A stretch of DNA of 64,000 nucleotides from Candidatus Poribacteria bacterium (lineage in GTDB: Bacteria; Poribacteria; WGA-4E; PCPOR2b): contig OZ244042.1 in assembly GCA_965215015.1 (NCBI GenBank), positions 3,040,001 to 3,104,000 on the forward strand, in the 5' to 3' direction. The translations under genes and the position numbers were made by a program. Shown here one piece after another: positions 30,471-41,371 of the stretch. Position 1 is the stretch's first letter. Every line of letters starts with the position of its first letter. Under the pieces are notes generated by a model. The model saw nothing but the letters and a program-made list of their open reading frames with translations. It was not told where the DNA came from and ran no database searches.

Positions 30471-30593
30471 TGCCACTTTGCGTTAAATTCAGAGAAAAGC
30501 CCCTATTTACTCATTGCGAAAACAAATTGGCGATGATAAAAGAGATACCTCTAGTAGTCTGTGTCAAATAAGGAATAATATTCTACCAATTGA

Positions 30594-32045
<1,452 letters not shown>

Positions 32046-32187
32046 AATCGTGTGCTGTCATAGGGATTGTGTTTATCTTAACGCCAGTTACTATCTGTTG
32101 CTCTAATGCTTGTCTGAATATAAAACGTAATGTGTAAGAGGTTCATTATAGTTCACCGGTTCAAGCAAAATCCTACACCCAATCGAA

Positions 32188-32269
32188 AGTAGGTACGCTA
32201 TGCCATCCCGTTATTTGCACAAGGGTTACGGCATACGGGGTATGCCTACTACTAGCAACTTGGGTTATC
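32188..32269. repeat. GTAG-type REP doublet (family C) copy 2 plus CTAGCAACTTGGGTTATC end
   Basis: Core matches 18501-18534; 18-mer at 32252-32269 is identical to 62103-62120. Confidence 0.7.
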
Positions 32270-32271
32270 TT

Positions 32272-33333
32272 ATGCGCCAAGCAGTATCCCTAAGTGCTTT
32301 TCTTCTTACCTGTACCATCTTTGCCTTTTGGCTGCTAGCATGTTGGGAAACACTAGCTGGTGACCCCAAGGTAACAACATCAGAAGCGGTTGTTACAGAA
32401 GGTAACAGCGAAGTGCTCCATCTCTACACGGCTCTCGACACCAATGAGGCAAAGATCTATATCCGTGCCTTTGAGGAAGAGAGTGGCATTCAGGTGCGAT
32501 GGGTGCGCTTGTCCGCAGGGGAGGTGTTGGTGCGGATCAGAAGCGAGCGAACCAACCCACAGGTCACACTTTGGTTTGGAGGACCATCGCCAGAGTTTAT
32601 TGTCGCTAAAAACGAAGGGTTACTTGCTCCGTATGCACCGCGTGTCGATTTTGAGCCACCCTCCGGCACATTCGACAAAGCGCACTACTGGACAGGCTTC
32701 TACTTCGGTGCAATCGGCTTTGCGTCGAACACAGAGATTTTAGCCCGCAAAGAGATTACACCACCAACCTCGTGGTACGACCTATTAAAACCCGAACTCA
32801 AAGGTGAGATTAGTGTGGCTTATGCCTATACATCGGGCACCGCCAACACACTGCTCGCTGCGATTGTGCAGATGATGGGTGAGGATGCAGGTTTTGATTA
32901 TATTGCAAAGTTAGACCGAAATGTTCACCACTACAACAGGTCCGGATCAGCGTGTGTGACGCAGGTAGGTTTCGGCGAGGTCGCCGTGGGGATTGCTTTT
33001 TCGCACGATATTGTCAAGAAAGGCCCCGCGAAAGGGTATCCGGTCGTGTTGAGCTTTCCGAAAGAGGGAACAGGGTTCGAGATCGGTGCGATGGCACTTG
33101 TCAAAGGGGGACCCAATCAAGTCGCTGCAAAGCAATTCATGGATTGGGCTCTTTCAGTCCAAGCACAGAACTTAATGCAGAAGTGGTTTCGGACCCCATT
33201 GAATCCGAAAGCCAAAGTCGCACCAGGGGCCGTCACTGCTGATAAGGTGAAGCTGATTCAGTTTGACCCCATCTGGGCGGCGAACCATCGGCAGAGATTG
33301 GTTGAACGATGGAGAGAAATTACAACACAATGA
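32272..33333 (+). CDS. ABC transporter substrate-binding protein (AfuA/Fe(III)-like)
   Basis: Signal peptide; VRWVRLSAGE, PPTSWYDLLKPELKGEI, YTSGT, FPKEGTG, AKQFMDW. Confidence 0.85.
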   Translation: MRQAVSLSAFLLTCTIFAFWLLACWETLAGDPKVTTSEAVVTEGNSEVLHLYTALDTNEAKIYIRAFEEESGIQVRWVRLSAGEVLVRIRSERTNPQVTLWFGGPSPEFIVAKNEGLLAPYAPRVDFEPPSGTFDKAHYWTGFYFGAIGFASNTEILARKEITPPTSWYDLLKPELKGEISVAYAYTSGTANTLLAAIVQMMGEDAGFDYIAKLDRNVHHYNRSGSACVTQVGFGEVAVGIAFSHDIVKKGPAKGYPVVLSFPKEGTGFEIGAMALVKGGPNQVAAKQFMDWALSVQAQNLMQKWFRTPLNPKAKVAPGAVTADKVKLIQFDPIWAANHRQRLVERWREITTQ

Positions 33334-33343
33334 AAGCAGGGGA

Positions 33344-33452
33344 GGTTCATGTAAGAAATCGTGCAATAGGAACCGAGTTCTTAGCAAGCACGGGCGGGAA
33401 AATCCCACCCCTACGTTCTCTTAGCGTTTTGCACTTTCTTTTAACATGAGCC
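33344..33452. repeat. MITE-like element family A, copy with internal REP
   Basis: Imperfect terminal inverted repeats GGTTCATGTAAGAAATCGTGCAA / TTGCACTTTCTTTTAACATGAGCC; between convergent genes. Confidence 0.7.
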
Positions 33453-33460
33453 TTCCTCTT

Positions 33461-33997
33461 TTACGTAAAAAGATCTGCCACACGACAGCGAAACCCCTTA
33501 ATCGCTGGTTCGCCGCTTAAAGTGTCTTCGATTGTCAAGAGGCTGATGTCCGTGGACGAGCGGTAGGCGATCACCGTTTGAGAAAAGGGCTCAATTACCC
33601 AAACCAGTTGTGTGCCGGCATTGAGATACTCGAAGGCTTTTTCATGCACAGCCTTCATGGCATCCGTTTCTGAGACAACTTCAATAGCTAAATCGGGGGA
33701 AATGGGGAAATTCTGCCACAGGTCGTCGGGGATACGTTCCGAGGCAACAAATGCGACGTCCGGTTTCCTGCCTCTATTTCCTACCGTGAACACTGTCTCT
33801 GCTATATAGAGCTTACCTAATTGATGCTCCTTAATATAGTGAAACAAAAGTCCAAGGATTTCTGCTGCGACATCTCCATGAATAATCTTCGCTGCTGCCA
33901 TCGGAATCAATTTTCCTTCTACAAATTCGTAGGATTCATAATCCCCTTCCAAAAATTCTGTTAGCGTTGATGGGTGCTCAACAGCTTGGGCTTCCAT
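33461..33997 (-). CDS. Uma2 family endonuclease
   Basis: EFVEGKL, H, RKPDVAF, PDLAIEVVS, KAFEYL.AG..LVWVIEP; AGGAGG RBS. Confidence 0.9.
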   Translation of the reverse strand: MEAQAVEHPSTLTEFLEGDYESYEFVEGKLIPMAAAKIIHGDVAAEILGLLFHYIKEHQLGKLYIAETVFTVGNRGRKPDVAFVASERIPDDLWQNFPISPDLAIEVVSETDAMKAVHEKAFEYLNAGTQLVWVIEPFSQTVIAYRSSTDISLLTIEDTLSGEPAIKGFRCRVADLFT

Positions 33998-34048
33998 GGT
34001 GCCTCCTTCATAAGATGGGGTGTTTCTGGCCAAAACAACCTTCTAAAT

Positions 34049-34894
34049 CTATCGCCGATACCCCGCCAATTCTTCCAAACGGCGGATGCGTTCCTCCATT
34101 GGTGGATGGGTACTAAAAAGCCCCGCTATCCCACCACGCAAAGGGCTCACAATAAAGAGATGCGATGTCGCCGCATTCGCTCGCATCGGATGTATTTCAA
34201 CGCCGCGTTCGAGTCGGCGTAGGGCATTTGCCAATGCCAGCGGATTACCACAGATTTCCGCCCCACCACGGTCCGCCGCGTATTCGCGGGAACGGGAGAT
34301 GGCAAACTGAATGATCATTGCAGCAATGGGGGCAACGATAATCAGGAACAACATACCGAGGATTCCCCCGCCATCTTCGTCATCATCTCCACTAAAGCCG
34401 CCAAATAAGGCCGCCCACTGTGCCATATTTGCAATCATCATAATTGCGCCAGCGATTGTAGCGACAATGCTGCTGATCAGAATGTCACGATGCCTGATGT
34501 GTGCTAGTTCATGTCCAATAACACCTGCAAGTTCATCGCGCGATAAGAGGCGCATAATCCCGTCTGTCGCGGCAACCGCTGCGTGGCTTGGACTTCTGCC
34601 GGTAGCAAAGGCATTTGGCATATCGGTTGGAATTGTGTAGACCTGCGGCATCGGTAAGCCTGATTTTTCGGTCTGTTGTTTGACAATCTGGTATAATTCA
34701 CTGTTGGGACTAACTTCCTGTGCTCTATACATTGACAGGACAATCTTATCACTGAACCAGTAGGAACCGAAGTTCATGATTGCTGCCAAGATTAGGGCAA
34801 TTGCCATTCCAACTTCCCCTCCTAGTATATTGCCAATAAACATCAGCAAGGCTGTCAATGCGATCAGGAGTATTCCAGTTTTGAGAATATTCAT
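34049..34894 (-). CDS. htpX: Zinc metalloprotease HtpX
   Basis: [28 protein letters not shown]. Confidence 0.95.
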   Translation of the reverse strand: MNILKTGILLIALTALLMFIGNILGGEVGMAIALILAAIMNFGSYWFSDKIVLSMYRAQEVSPNSELYQIVKQQTEKSGLPMPQVYTIPTDMPNAFATGRSPSHAAVAATDGIMRLLSRDELAGVIGHELAHIRHRDILISSIVATIAGAIMMIANMAQWAALFGGFSGDDDEDGGGILGMLFLIIVAPIAAMIIQFAISRSREYAADRGGAEICGNPLALANALRRLERGVEIHPMRANAATSHLFIVSPLRGGIAGLFSTHPPMEERIRRLEELAGYRR

Positions 34895-35432
34895 TTTGAG
34901 TGACCTCCTTAGAGAAATTTAACTGTGTATTAGGTATAATGGGTAACCTACCGGCCCCATCTGTTAAAACGAGTTTATTTAACGATGAAGTAATTTTCTA
35001 TATCTCGCAATTCTCTATACGAACACACCAAAATTAAGATTTTGTTCGTAAATGATACCGTACAGAGAACATAGATTCAAGTCCACAATCCACACATTTA
35101 CTTTTGATAGCATCTTGCAATATGGCAGAACGTTCCTTCCGAGAGCTTGGACTGTTGTCTTTAGACGTGAGATGGGCTTTTTAAGTGTAGACACTTTTTC
35201 AAATTCGCCGTGACCACTCTGAGATCAAAAAAGGCGGTGGAAAATCTGAAGTCAAATAGTATAAAGATTGGCACAACGGGTAATTCTGCCCATCACTGCC
35301 GCGCTAGAGATGCGAAGGTTCTCATTCAGAATTCTTTGCAATCTGATAAAGTGGTATGATAACATTATGCGCTTGTTCGACATGAATGATTTTTCCTAAC
35401 GGATATGTCCAACCACAGTCAGGGAGATTAAG

Positions 35433-36308
35433 ATGAAAGCAATCAAGATTCGTAATCCGCAGGTAGAAGCGAAAGCATTGCTCGAGATGGATACCAAGCA
35501 GGCAGCCATCCAATTCCAACAGTATACTACTGAGGAACAACTGGCAATCATTGAAACGGTTTCGGATGCGAAAAGCCGCGAGGAGCTATATTACCTCGTC
35601 CCCGATTGTACAGAATTGGTTCAGCAAAGTCCAACTGAGAACGTGATGCAGATGGCACTCGCCCATCTTGGAACCGGACAATCTGCCGGCATTTTATCTG
35701 CAGCGTCTTCCGAGCAACTTGCAGGTATTGTCGATCTGATTGCCTACCAGAATGACAAGCTAGCTGATGCGCGATTTGAGGCATGGCTCATGGAAATGTT
35801 ACACGCGGGAGAGGAGGTCTTTGAGAATATGTTGCGCTCCATTGACCCGCATCTGCTCGGCGAATTTTTCTGGGATCGACTAGGGCTTGCAACCGCAAAA
35901 TCTGATGTAATCCCCTATCCCGCGTTTCTAGTGGAGGCAGCTCTCGCTAGCCCAGAAGATTTAAGTTGCGACACCGAGGATACTGAGCTGCTAATTGAAA
36001 TGCTCTACGCCGCGGATGGTAATCTGTTCCAATCCCTCATGGAGGATATATTCCTTGAAGATAGGACCGCAATAGATGGTTACGCTAGGACAATTAAAGC
36101 GCGGGCAGCGCGAGAAGCTGCCAAAGCCCGAATCGAGGGACGGGACCGAGAAAAAGGTGTGACGGAAGAAGACTTGGAGAAGTTGGTAGATCTCGACAAC
36201 GTGCAACTGAGCGAGGGAGAACCATCTCAAAAGTCTGTCAAAGAGGGTCCCACCGAAGACGATTTGGAAAAGTTAGTAGATCTCGATAATATTCAATTGG
36301 ATGAATAG
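35433..36308 (+). CDS. Hypothetical acidic protein, DUF6178 N-terminal-half-like, with duplicated C-terminal motif
   Basis: AASSEQL...DL...D...AWLMEMLHAGEE...IDPHLL pattern; GGGAG RBS. Confidence 0.55.
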   Translation: MKAIKIRNPQVEAKALLEMDTKQAAIQFQQYTTEEQLAIIETVSDAKSREELYYLVPDCTELVQQSPTENVMQMALAHLGTGQSAGILSAASSEQLAGIVDLIAYQNDKLADARFEAWLMEMLHAGEEVFENMLRSIDPHLLGEFFWDRLGLATAKSDVIPYPAFLVEAALASPEDLSCDTEDTELLIEMLYAADGNLFQSLMEDIFLEDRTAIDGYARTIKARAAREAAKARIEGRDREKGVTEEDLEKLVDLDNVQLSEGEPSQKSVKEGPTEDDLEKLVDLDNIQLDE

Positions 36309-36349
36309 ATGGCTGGATAAATTACGTCACGCACCATGGAACGACATCA

Positions 36350-37345
36350 ATGGTAAATACAAATCCCCTTATCGAATATGATCCACGATTGTTCCTGTTC
36401 AGGGCATTATCTGAACTAGGGGAACTGGAGAATGTCCCGATTGAACGGATTGACGAGTTCAACCGCCAAATCGTTGCAATTATGAACAAACGCTCAGTGG
36501 TGGAGCCGGTTGACATCTCTAAGCTATCCGAACTACGAACGGTCGCAAGGGATGTCGTTCTTCGCCTCAATCTTGGGCTTGAGCATGGGAGCAAACTCGA
36601 CCTTAGCCGAGCGAGACACCTGCTGGTTCGTAACGATATGATTCGTTTCTATCAAATTGGGAACACATTAATGACCAAACTGAAGCGCGATGCCGAAGCC
36701 GTCCGACAGCGCGCGCGATTAACCATCGCTGAATCAGGAATGGTCCAGATCGGTGCACACCCTGAAGCGGCGATGGAAATACCTCTCCTGAGTCAAACCG
36801 AAGAAGATTTTCTATCAGCACTTATAGAGGGAAATCTGATTATAGGAGAGGTTACCGTTGTCGTCGAATCAACGAGTGAGCAAGAACAACCCCTTGAACA
36901 GCTCAGTCAAGTTAAAATCGCCGAAGGGATGCTGAAAAATCTAGACTTTCGGTTGGATTATCTCCAGACACTTCCTCTTTACCTCATAGTAAAGGAGACG
37001 GATTTCCGATATGTGGAGAGCATGGAATGGTCAGAAGATCTCGTCGGGAAGATTACGTGCTGTATGATGGTCAACCTAGCTATTGATAGCGGAACGCATT
37101 TCTGCATAACGCTTGATAACATTCGCAAATTCAGCGAAGACTGTATCACAGCAGATGGGATTGCTGAAGGAGTTGAGGAAAAACTACTCGCGTGGCTGAT
37201 TGAATATTTGGAAACCCATCAGGCAACGGAACCGGTAATTGATTATGCTTACGATTACTGGATGTATTGGCTGAATCAGTTAGGTAGGTATTTACAAGAA
37301 CCGATAATGGACGGAGATATACTACACGATTGGTTCCTCCTTTGA
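36350..37345 (+). CDS. Hypothetical protein, DUF6178 C-terminal-half-like
   Basis: LNLGLEHGSKLDLSRARHLL...FYQIGNTLMTKLK pattern; co-oriented 41 nt after previous gene. Confidence 0.5.
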   Translation: MVNTNPLIEYDPRLFLFRALSELGELENVPIERIDEFNRQIVAIMNKRSVVEPVDISKLSELRTVARDVVLRLNLGLEHGSKLDLSRARHLLVRNDMIRFYQIGNTLMTKLKRDAEAVRQRARLTIAESGMVQIGAHPEAAMEIPLLSQTEEDFLSALIEGNLIIGEVTVVVESTSEQEQPLEQLSQVKIAEGMLKNLDFRLDYLQTLPLYLIVKETDFRYVESMEWSEDLVGKITCCMMVNLAIDSGTHFCITLDNIRKFSEDCITADGIAEGVEEKLLAWLIEYLETHQATEPVIDYAYDYWMYWLNQLGRYLQEPIMDGDILHDWFLL

Positions 37346-37402
37346 CAGGGAACCGTTAAGCCAAATCTATCCGTTTGGGTAGGCCTCTAACCCTATTATG
37401 AG

Positions 37403-37449
37403 TAAAACGTGAAACATGAGGCAGGGAATCCTTCACGTTTCACGTTTTA
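37403..37449. terminator. Heptamer-repeat hairpin between convergent genes
   Basis: TAAAACGTGAAACATGA...TCACGTTTCACGTTTTA (16/17 inverted match). Confidence 0.45.
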
Positions 37450-37456
37450 ATGTGTA

Positions 37457-38224
37457 CTAAGTGGTAACGTTGCAGGTATCAAAGGCTGCTTTCATCGCAG
37501 CGAGTGGATCACCTTTCGGGACAAATTCATGTCCGACGTAAAGGTCATAGTCTGTTTCGGCGATAGCGCGCATGACAGGCGGATAGTAGATTTCCTGTTC
37601 ATCGTCGAGATCTTTACGACCCGGATTCCCCGCCGTGTGGAAATGCCCGATGTAATCAATGCTTTCCTGAATCGTCCGGACGAGGTCCCCTTCCATAATC
37701 TGCATGTGATAAATGTCGTAGAGTAGTTGGACTCGCGACGAGTTGACACCTTTGCAGACCTCTACACCCCAAGGCGTGCGATCGCACTGATAATCAGGGT
37801 GATTCACTTTGCTGTTGAGCAGCTCAATACAAAGGTTAACACCTGCGTTTTCGGCTGCCTTGACAACACGCAGGAGCCCTTCAATAGTATTATCCCGCCC
37901 CTCCTCGTCTGACTTCCCCTCTCGGTTTCCCGAAAAACAGATGAGACCGGGGATGTCATTCGCGGCAGCAACCTCAATATTTTCTAGAATTTCCTGCTCA
38001 ATGCGATCATGATTCTCGCGCTTGTTGAGGCCGTCGGGCAGGGACTGATGCCCAACGATAATCGCGATGCACATCCCATTTTCCTGCACCAGGTGCCAAT
38101 ATTCTGGAGGTGCCATTTCAACGGATTTATAACCAATTCTCGCCGCCTCTTGGATGACTTGTTCAGGAGAGACATTGTCACGAGTGAAACAGCCATAACA
38201 AATTGATTGATTAATTGAGCCCAT
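37457..38224 (-). CDS. Hydroxypyruvate isomerase (Hyi)-family TIM-barrel protein
   Basis: ICFSGNR, IELLNSKVNHPDYQCD, LYDIYHMQIMEGD, HFHTAGNPGR. Confidence 0.85.
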   Translation of the reverse strand: MGSINQSICYGCFTRDNVSPEQVIQEAARIGYKSVEMAPPEYWHLVQENGMCIAIIVGHQSLPDGLNKRENHDRIEQEILENIEVAAANDIPGLICFSGNREGKSDEEGRDNTIEGLLRVVKAAENAGVNLCIELLNSKVNHPDYQCDRTPWGVEVCKGVNSSRVQLLYDIYHMQIMEGDLVRTIQESIDYIGHFHTAGNPGRKDLDDEQEIYYPPVMRAIAETDYDLYVGHEFVPKGDPLAAMKAAFDTCNVTT

Positions 38225-38312
38225 TCCTTTCTCCTTTCGTGTCCTCGACCGAAAGTCGAGGACAGGTCTGAGAGGGCGTTTGAAAACAGATTCTATGCTA
38301 ACAAACACTCTC

Positions 38313-39269
38313 TTATAGATCCACTGCTTTGCCTGTTTCAAACGATGTACTCGCCGCCATCATAATCCGGAGCGTCTTCAACGCATCGCTGTAGGGTGAA
38401 AGAATCTTCGATGAATCACCGGTCTTCACGGCATCGATAAACACCCGGTCCCGATCTTGACCTCCATTTTCAGGCAGTGATTCCTCCTTACCTTTCCTAT
38501 TCATGGTGTTCGGTCCGCCGACAGTTACTACCAAACCGCGACAGAAGACCTCAAGTTGTACTCTATTCCAACCTTCCATCGCACAACATGACACGATATT
38601 GGCGATTGTACCGCTCTCGAATTCAATATTGACCATGCTGAGGTCATCGACATCGTACTGAGGAATATCTGTCATGCTCCCACGGGTTGCAACGCCGTGT
38701 ACCATTTTTGCGTCTCCGAGTAGGAAACGCGCCAGATCGAAAATATGCGTTGTTTGCTCGACGTGTTGCCCGCCAGATTGGGCACGGATTCGCCACCAGA
38801 GTGTGCCGGGTAGTCCGCCCATCCAATATCCCAAGGCACCGAGAACAGGGGATTCTTTTTCGAGAATCGATTTCGCATATTGAGCATTGCCGCCATAACG
38901 CCAATGGTATCCAACACTGGTAATAACACTACTCCGCCGGACATCTTCATTGATGATAACTGCTTGCTCTAGGTCCGCAGCAATTGGCTTCTCGATGAAC
39001 ATGGGAACGCCTTGTTCACATGCAATTCGCTCTTGTTCGCCGTGTGCAAAGGGTGGTGTACAGATATAAATGGCGTCGAGGGATTCTTTGTCGTACATTT
39101 CGCGGAAGTCTGTGTAGACGTTACCTCCAAATTCCTCCGCAGCCCCCTGTGCGCGTTCCTCCGAAACATCACACATGGCAGCAAATTCTATATCGTCGAA
39201 GGTTTGCAGGTTTCTCATGTGAGCCCCTGCCATACCACCAGTTCCAATAAAACCGAGTTTTATTTTCAT
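38313..39269 (-). CDS. Gfo/Idh/MocA family oxidoreductase
   Basis: GFIGTGGMA, ICTPP..H, FIEKP, EQTTHIFD. Confidence 0.92.
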   Translation of the reverse strand: MKIKLGFIGTGGMAGAHMRNLQTFDDIEFAAMCDVSEERAQGAAEEFGGNVYTDFREMYDKESLDAIYICTPPFAHGEQERIACEQGVPMFIEKPIAADLEQAVIINEDVRRSSVITSVGYHWRYGGNAQYAKSILEKESPVLGALGYWMGGLPGTLWWRIRAQSGGQHVEQTTHIFDLARFLLGDAKMVHGVATRGSMTDIPQYDVDDLSMVNIEFESGTIANIVSCCAMEGWNRVQLEVFCRGLVVTVGGPNTMNRKGKEESLPENGGQDRDRVFIDAVKTGDSSKILSPYSDALKTLRIMMAASTSFETGKAVDL

Positions 39270-39550
39270 GTCTTCTCCTCAAAGCAAGGAATCTAGGACA
39301 GACAAATTTCCTGCGCATATAAAAAAAGTACAAGGCGCAAAAATCTGACTCTTATTTTCAACAGTTTATCAAAAAACGTTCAGTGTATCAACCAGAAATT
39401 TCAGGGCTATTTAGTTTTCGGTTTTCATCCTGCCTGAGCGATGTCCCGGGATTCGGAGATCCCTCCTACAGGAGAACGGAATGCCTCTAGCTTATTATGT
39501 CTTGATTTGGGCCTGTTTGAAGCTATGCTAGCTTTGAGGAGAGGGTTTAA

Positions 39551-39800
39551 TAGGGCTTACGCAGTTGAGTGTGTCGTAACGCCATTCAACCCAAGTCCCG
39601 ATAGACCATAAATCGCTAACTGTCACCACCCGATGAATCGGACGTTGCGAGGCATCTTCACCGAATCTGTAAGGGTGAGGCAGAACCGACCCTCGCTGAA
39701 ATCGGGACTGTCCAATGAATCGGGCAACTACAGTAGGTGTACTATTAAGTATCCGTAGAGAACAACTATTGGTGTTCCCTACGGAAGTGCACAACTCCTA
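39551..39800. repeat. Composite repeat element (family B ends, 36-bp unit and GTAG REP)
   Basis: TAGGGCTTACGCA left end; 39671-39706 is 34/36 identical to 45916-45951; CGTAGAGAACAAC...GTTCCCTACG REP. Confidence 0.5.
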
Positions 39801-39803
39801 TTT

Positions 39804-39842
39804 AAAATAAAAAAAGGGCAACCACAAGGGGTTGCCCTTTTT
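39804..39842 (-). terminator. Rho-independent terminator of the nuo operon
   Basis: AAAAAGGGCAACC...GGTTGCCCTTTTT stem followed by a T-run on the minus strand, ~60 nt after the nuoN stop. Confidence 0.75.
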
Positions 39843-39901
39843 CATTAGCTGGAAAGGAGGGAAGGGGATATTTGCCTGAGAATTTAGAGAACTCATCCCT
39901 T

Positions 39902-41359
39902 TTAGCCCATCAATCTTCCAAGGGAAGCTCTGGATAGTTCGTATAAGGGGTTCCAATAAATACCGAGTAGGAGAGTCGGAACAACAAAAATCAAGAGCAG
40001 GACAAGACTGCCGGGCGAGAAAGAGAGGGATTCAGTATCATCAGATGTTTCAAGAAACATCGCTTTGACGATTCGCACATAATAGTAAAGTGCCACGACG
40101 CTGTTGAGCAAACCGATAACTGCGAGCCAGTAGAGCTTCTCTTTGATAACAGCGGTAAAAAGAATCCATTTCCCCGCGAAGCCTGCAAGAGGTGGCAGCC
40201 CGGTCAAGGAAAAGAGGAAGATTGCCATTGACACTGCGATGAGCGGTGCACGGGAAACCAACCCACGGTAGCCGTCAATCGTTTCACTACCGACCTCGTT
40301 TGCAATGAGGATAACGACAAAGAATGCTCCCAAGTTCATAAACAGATAGATGATCAGGTAGATGAGAATTGCCTGAAGCCCTTCGCTGGTCAGTAAGACC
40401 CCTCCCATGAGCAGGAAACCGCCGTGTGAAATACTTGAGTAAGCGAGGAGGCGTTTCACATTTTGTTGTGGGAGTGCGGCAAGATTACCGACGGTCATAG
40501 TTAAAGCGGAAATAACAGCCAGCATCAGTGACCAATCAAGAGGAGCATCTGCCGATTTGAGGCCTGAATAGAAAAGTCGAATGAATAAGGCGAACCCTGC
40601 CGACTTGGACGCAACGGATAAAAATGCGGTGATCGGAATTGGTGCACCTTCGTAGACATCGGGGGACCACATGTGAAAAGGCACAGAGGCGATTTTGTAG
40701 CCGACACCCGCAAGGATAAACGTGATTGACAACAGGACAGCCAGTGGATACACATTGCCTTGACTGAACATCTCTCCCAGTCGGCTGCTAATTAGCGCAA
40801 TATCCCCTGTGCCAGTCATACCAAATAGGAGGGAGATACCAAATAGCATTGTTCCCGATGATATTGCGCCAAAGGTGATATACTTGAATGCCGCTTCGCT
40901 CGAACGTGGACTATGCGTCAAGAATCCGGCGAGGATGTAGGAGGTTAGACTGACCATTTCGAGCGACAGGTAAATCATCAGGAGATGGGTTGACGATGCC
41001 ATCAGATACATACCCAGCGTCACTGCAAGCAGCAGCGCGTAGTATTCACCCTTTGTCTCCGGATCGAGTTCAACCGAACGGACCGAAAATAGAATCGTTG
41101 CAGCGGTAGCAACTGAGATAATTATTTTAAAGAACATGGCGAAACTATCGAGCCGAACCATGCCGAGAAACAGGGAGCGGTCTTCGGATCCAACCACAAT
41201 TACTGTAATCACTGCCACCACAAGCCCAACAAGCGAGAGATAGGCGACAACCTCGCCGCCTCTTTTTTTAGACGCCAGATCATATAAGATGACGACCACC
41301 GCAAAGACAACTAAAACGATTTCTGGTATAAAATAAGGAATACTTGCAATGTTTGTCAA
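39902..41359 (-). CDS. nuoN: NADH-quinone oxidoreductase subunit N
   Basis: EAAFKY, KIASVPFHMWSPDVYEGAP, KRLLAYSSISH. Confidence 0.95.
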   Translation of the reverse strand: MTNIASIPYFIPEIVLVVFAVVVILYDLASKKRGGEVVAYLSLVGLVVAVITVIVVGSEDRSLFLGMVRLDSFAMFFKIIISVATAATILFSVRSVELDPETKGEYYALLLAVTLGMYLMASSTHLLMIYLSLEMVSLTSYILAGFLTHSPRSSEAAFKYITFGAISSGTMLFGISLLFGMTGTGDIALISSRLGEMFSQGNVYPLAVLLSITFILAGVGYKIASVPFHMWSPDVYEGAPIPITAFLSVASKSAGFALFIRLFYSGLKSADAPLDWSLMLAVISALTMTVGNLAALPQQNVKRLLAYSSISHGGFLLMGGVLLTSEGLQAILIYLIIYLFMNLGAFFVVILIANEVGSETIDGYRGLVSRAPLIAVSMAIFLFSLTGLPPLAGFAGKWILFTAVIKEKLYWLAVIGLLNSVVALYYYVRIVKAMFLETSDDTESLSFSPGSLVLLLIFVVPTLLLGIYWNPLYELSRASLGRLMG

Positions 41360-41371
41360 TGGAGCCTCCCC

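Noticed and set aside
30065-30476. Two 96-aa minus-strand ORFs (MAPPYPPQSPRKQGE...)
   Set aside because: Translations of REP-like hairpins and low-complexity DNA
32200-32271. N-terminal extension of the ABC binding protein
   Set aside because: Encoded by a REP element; the signal peptide starts at 32272
37457-38224. Hyi-family gene as part of the oxalate/glyoxylate cluster
   Set aside because: About 15 kb away and paired with a Gfo/Idh/MocA gene, which fits sugar catabolism better
39528-39794. 88-aa ORF with faint formylglycine-generating-enzyme-like RPIHRVVTVSD
   Set aside because: Lies within composite repeat DNA; no RBS; similarity too weak
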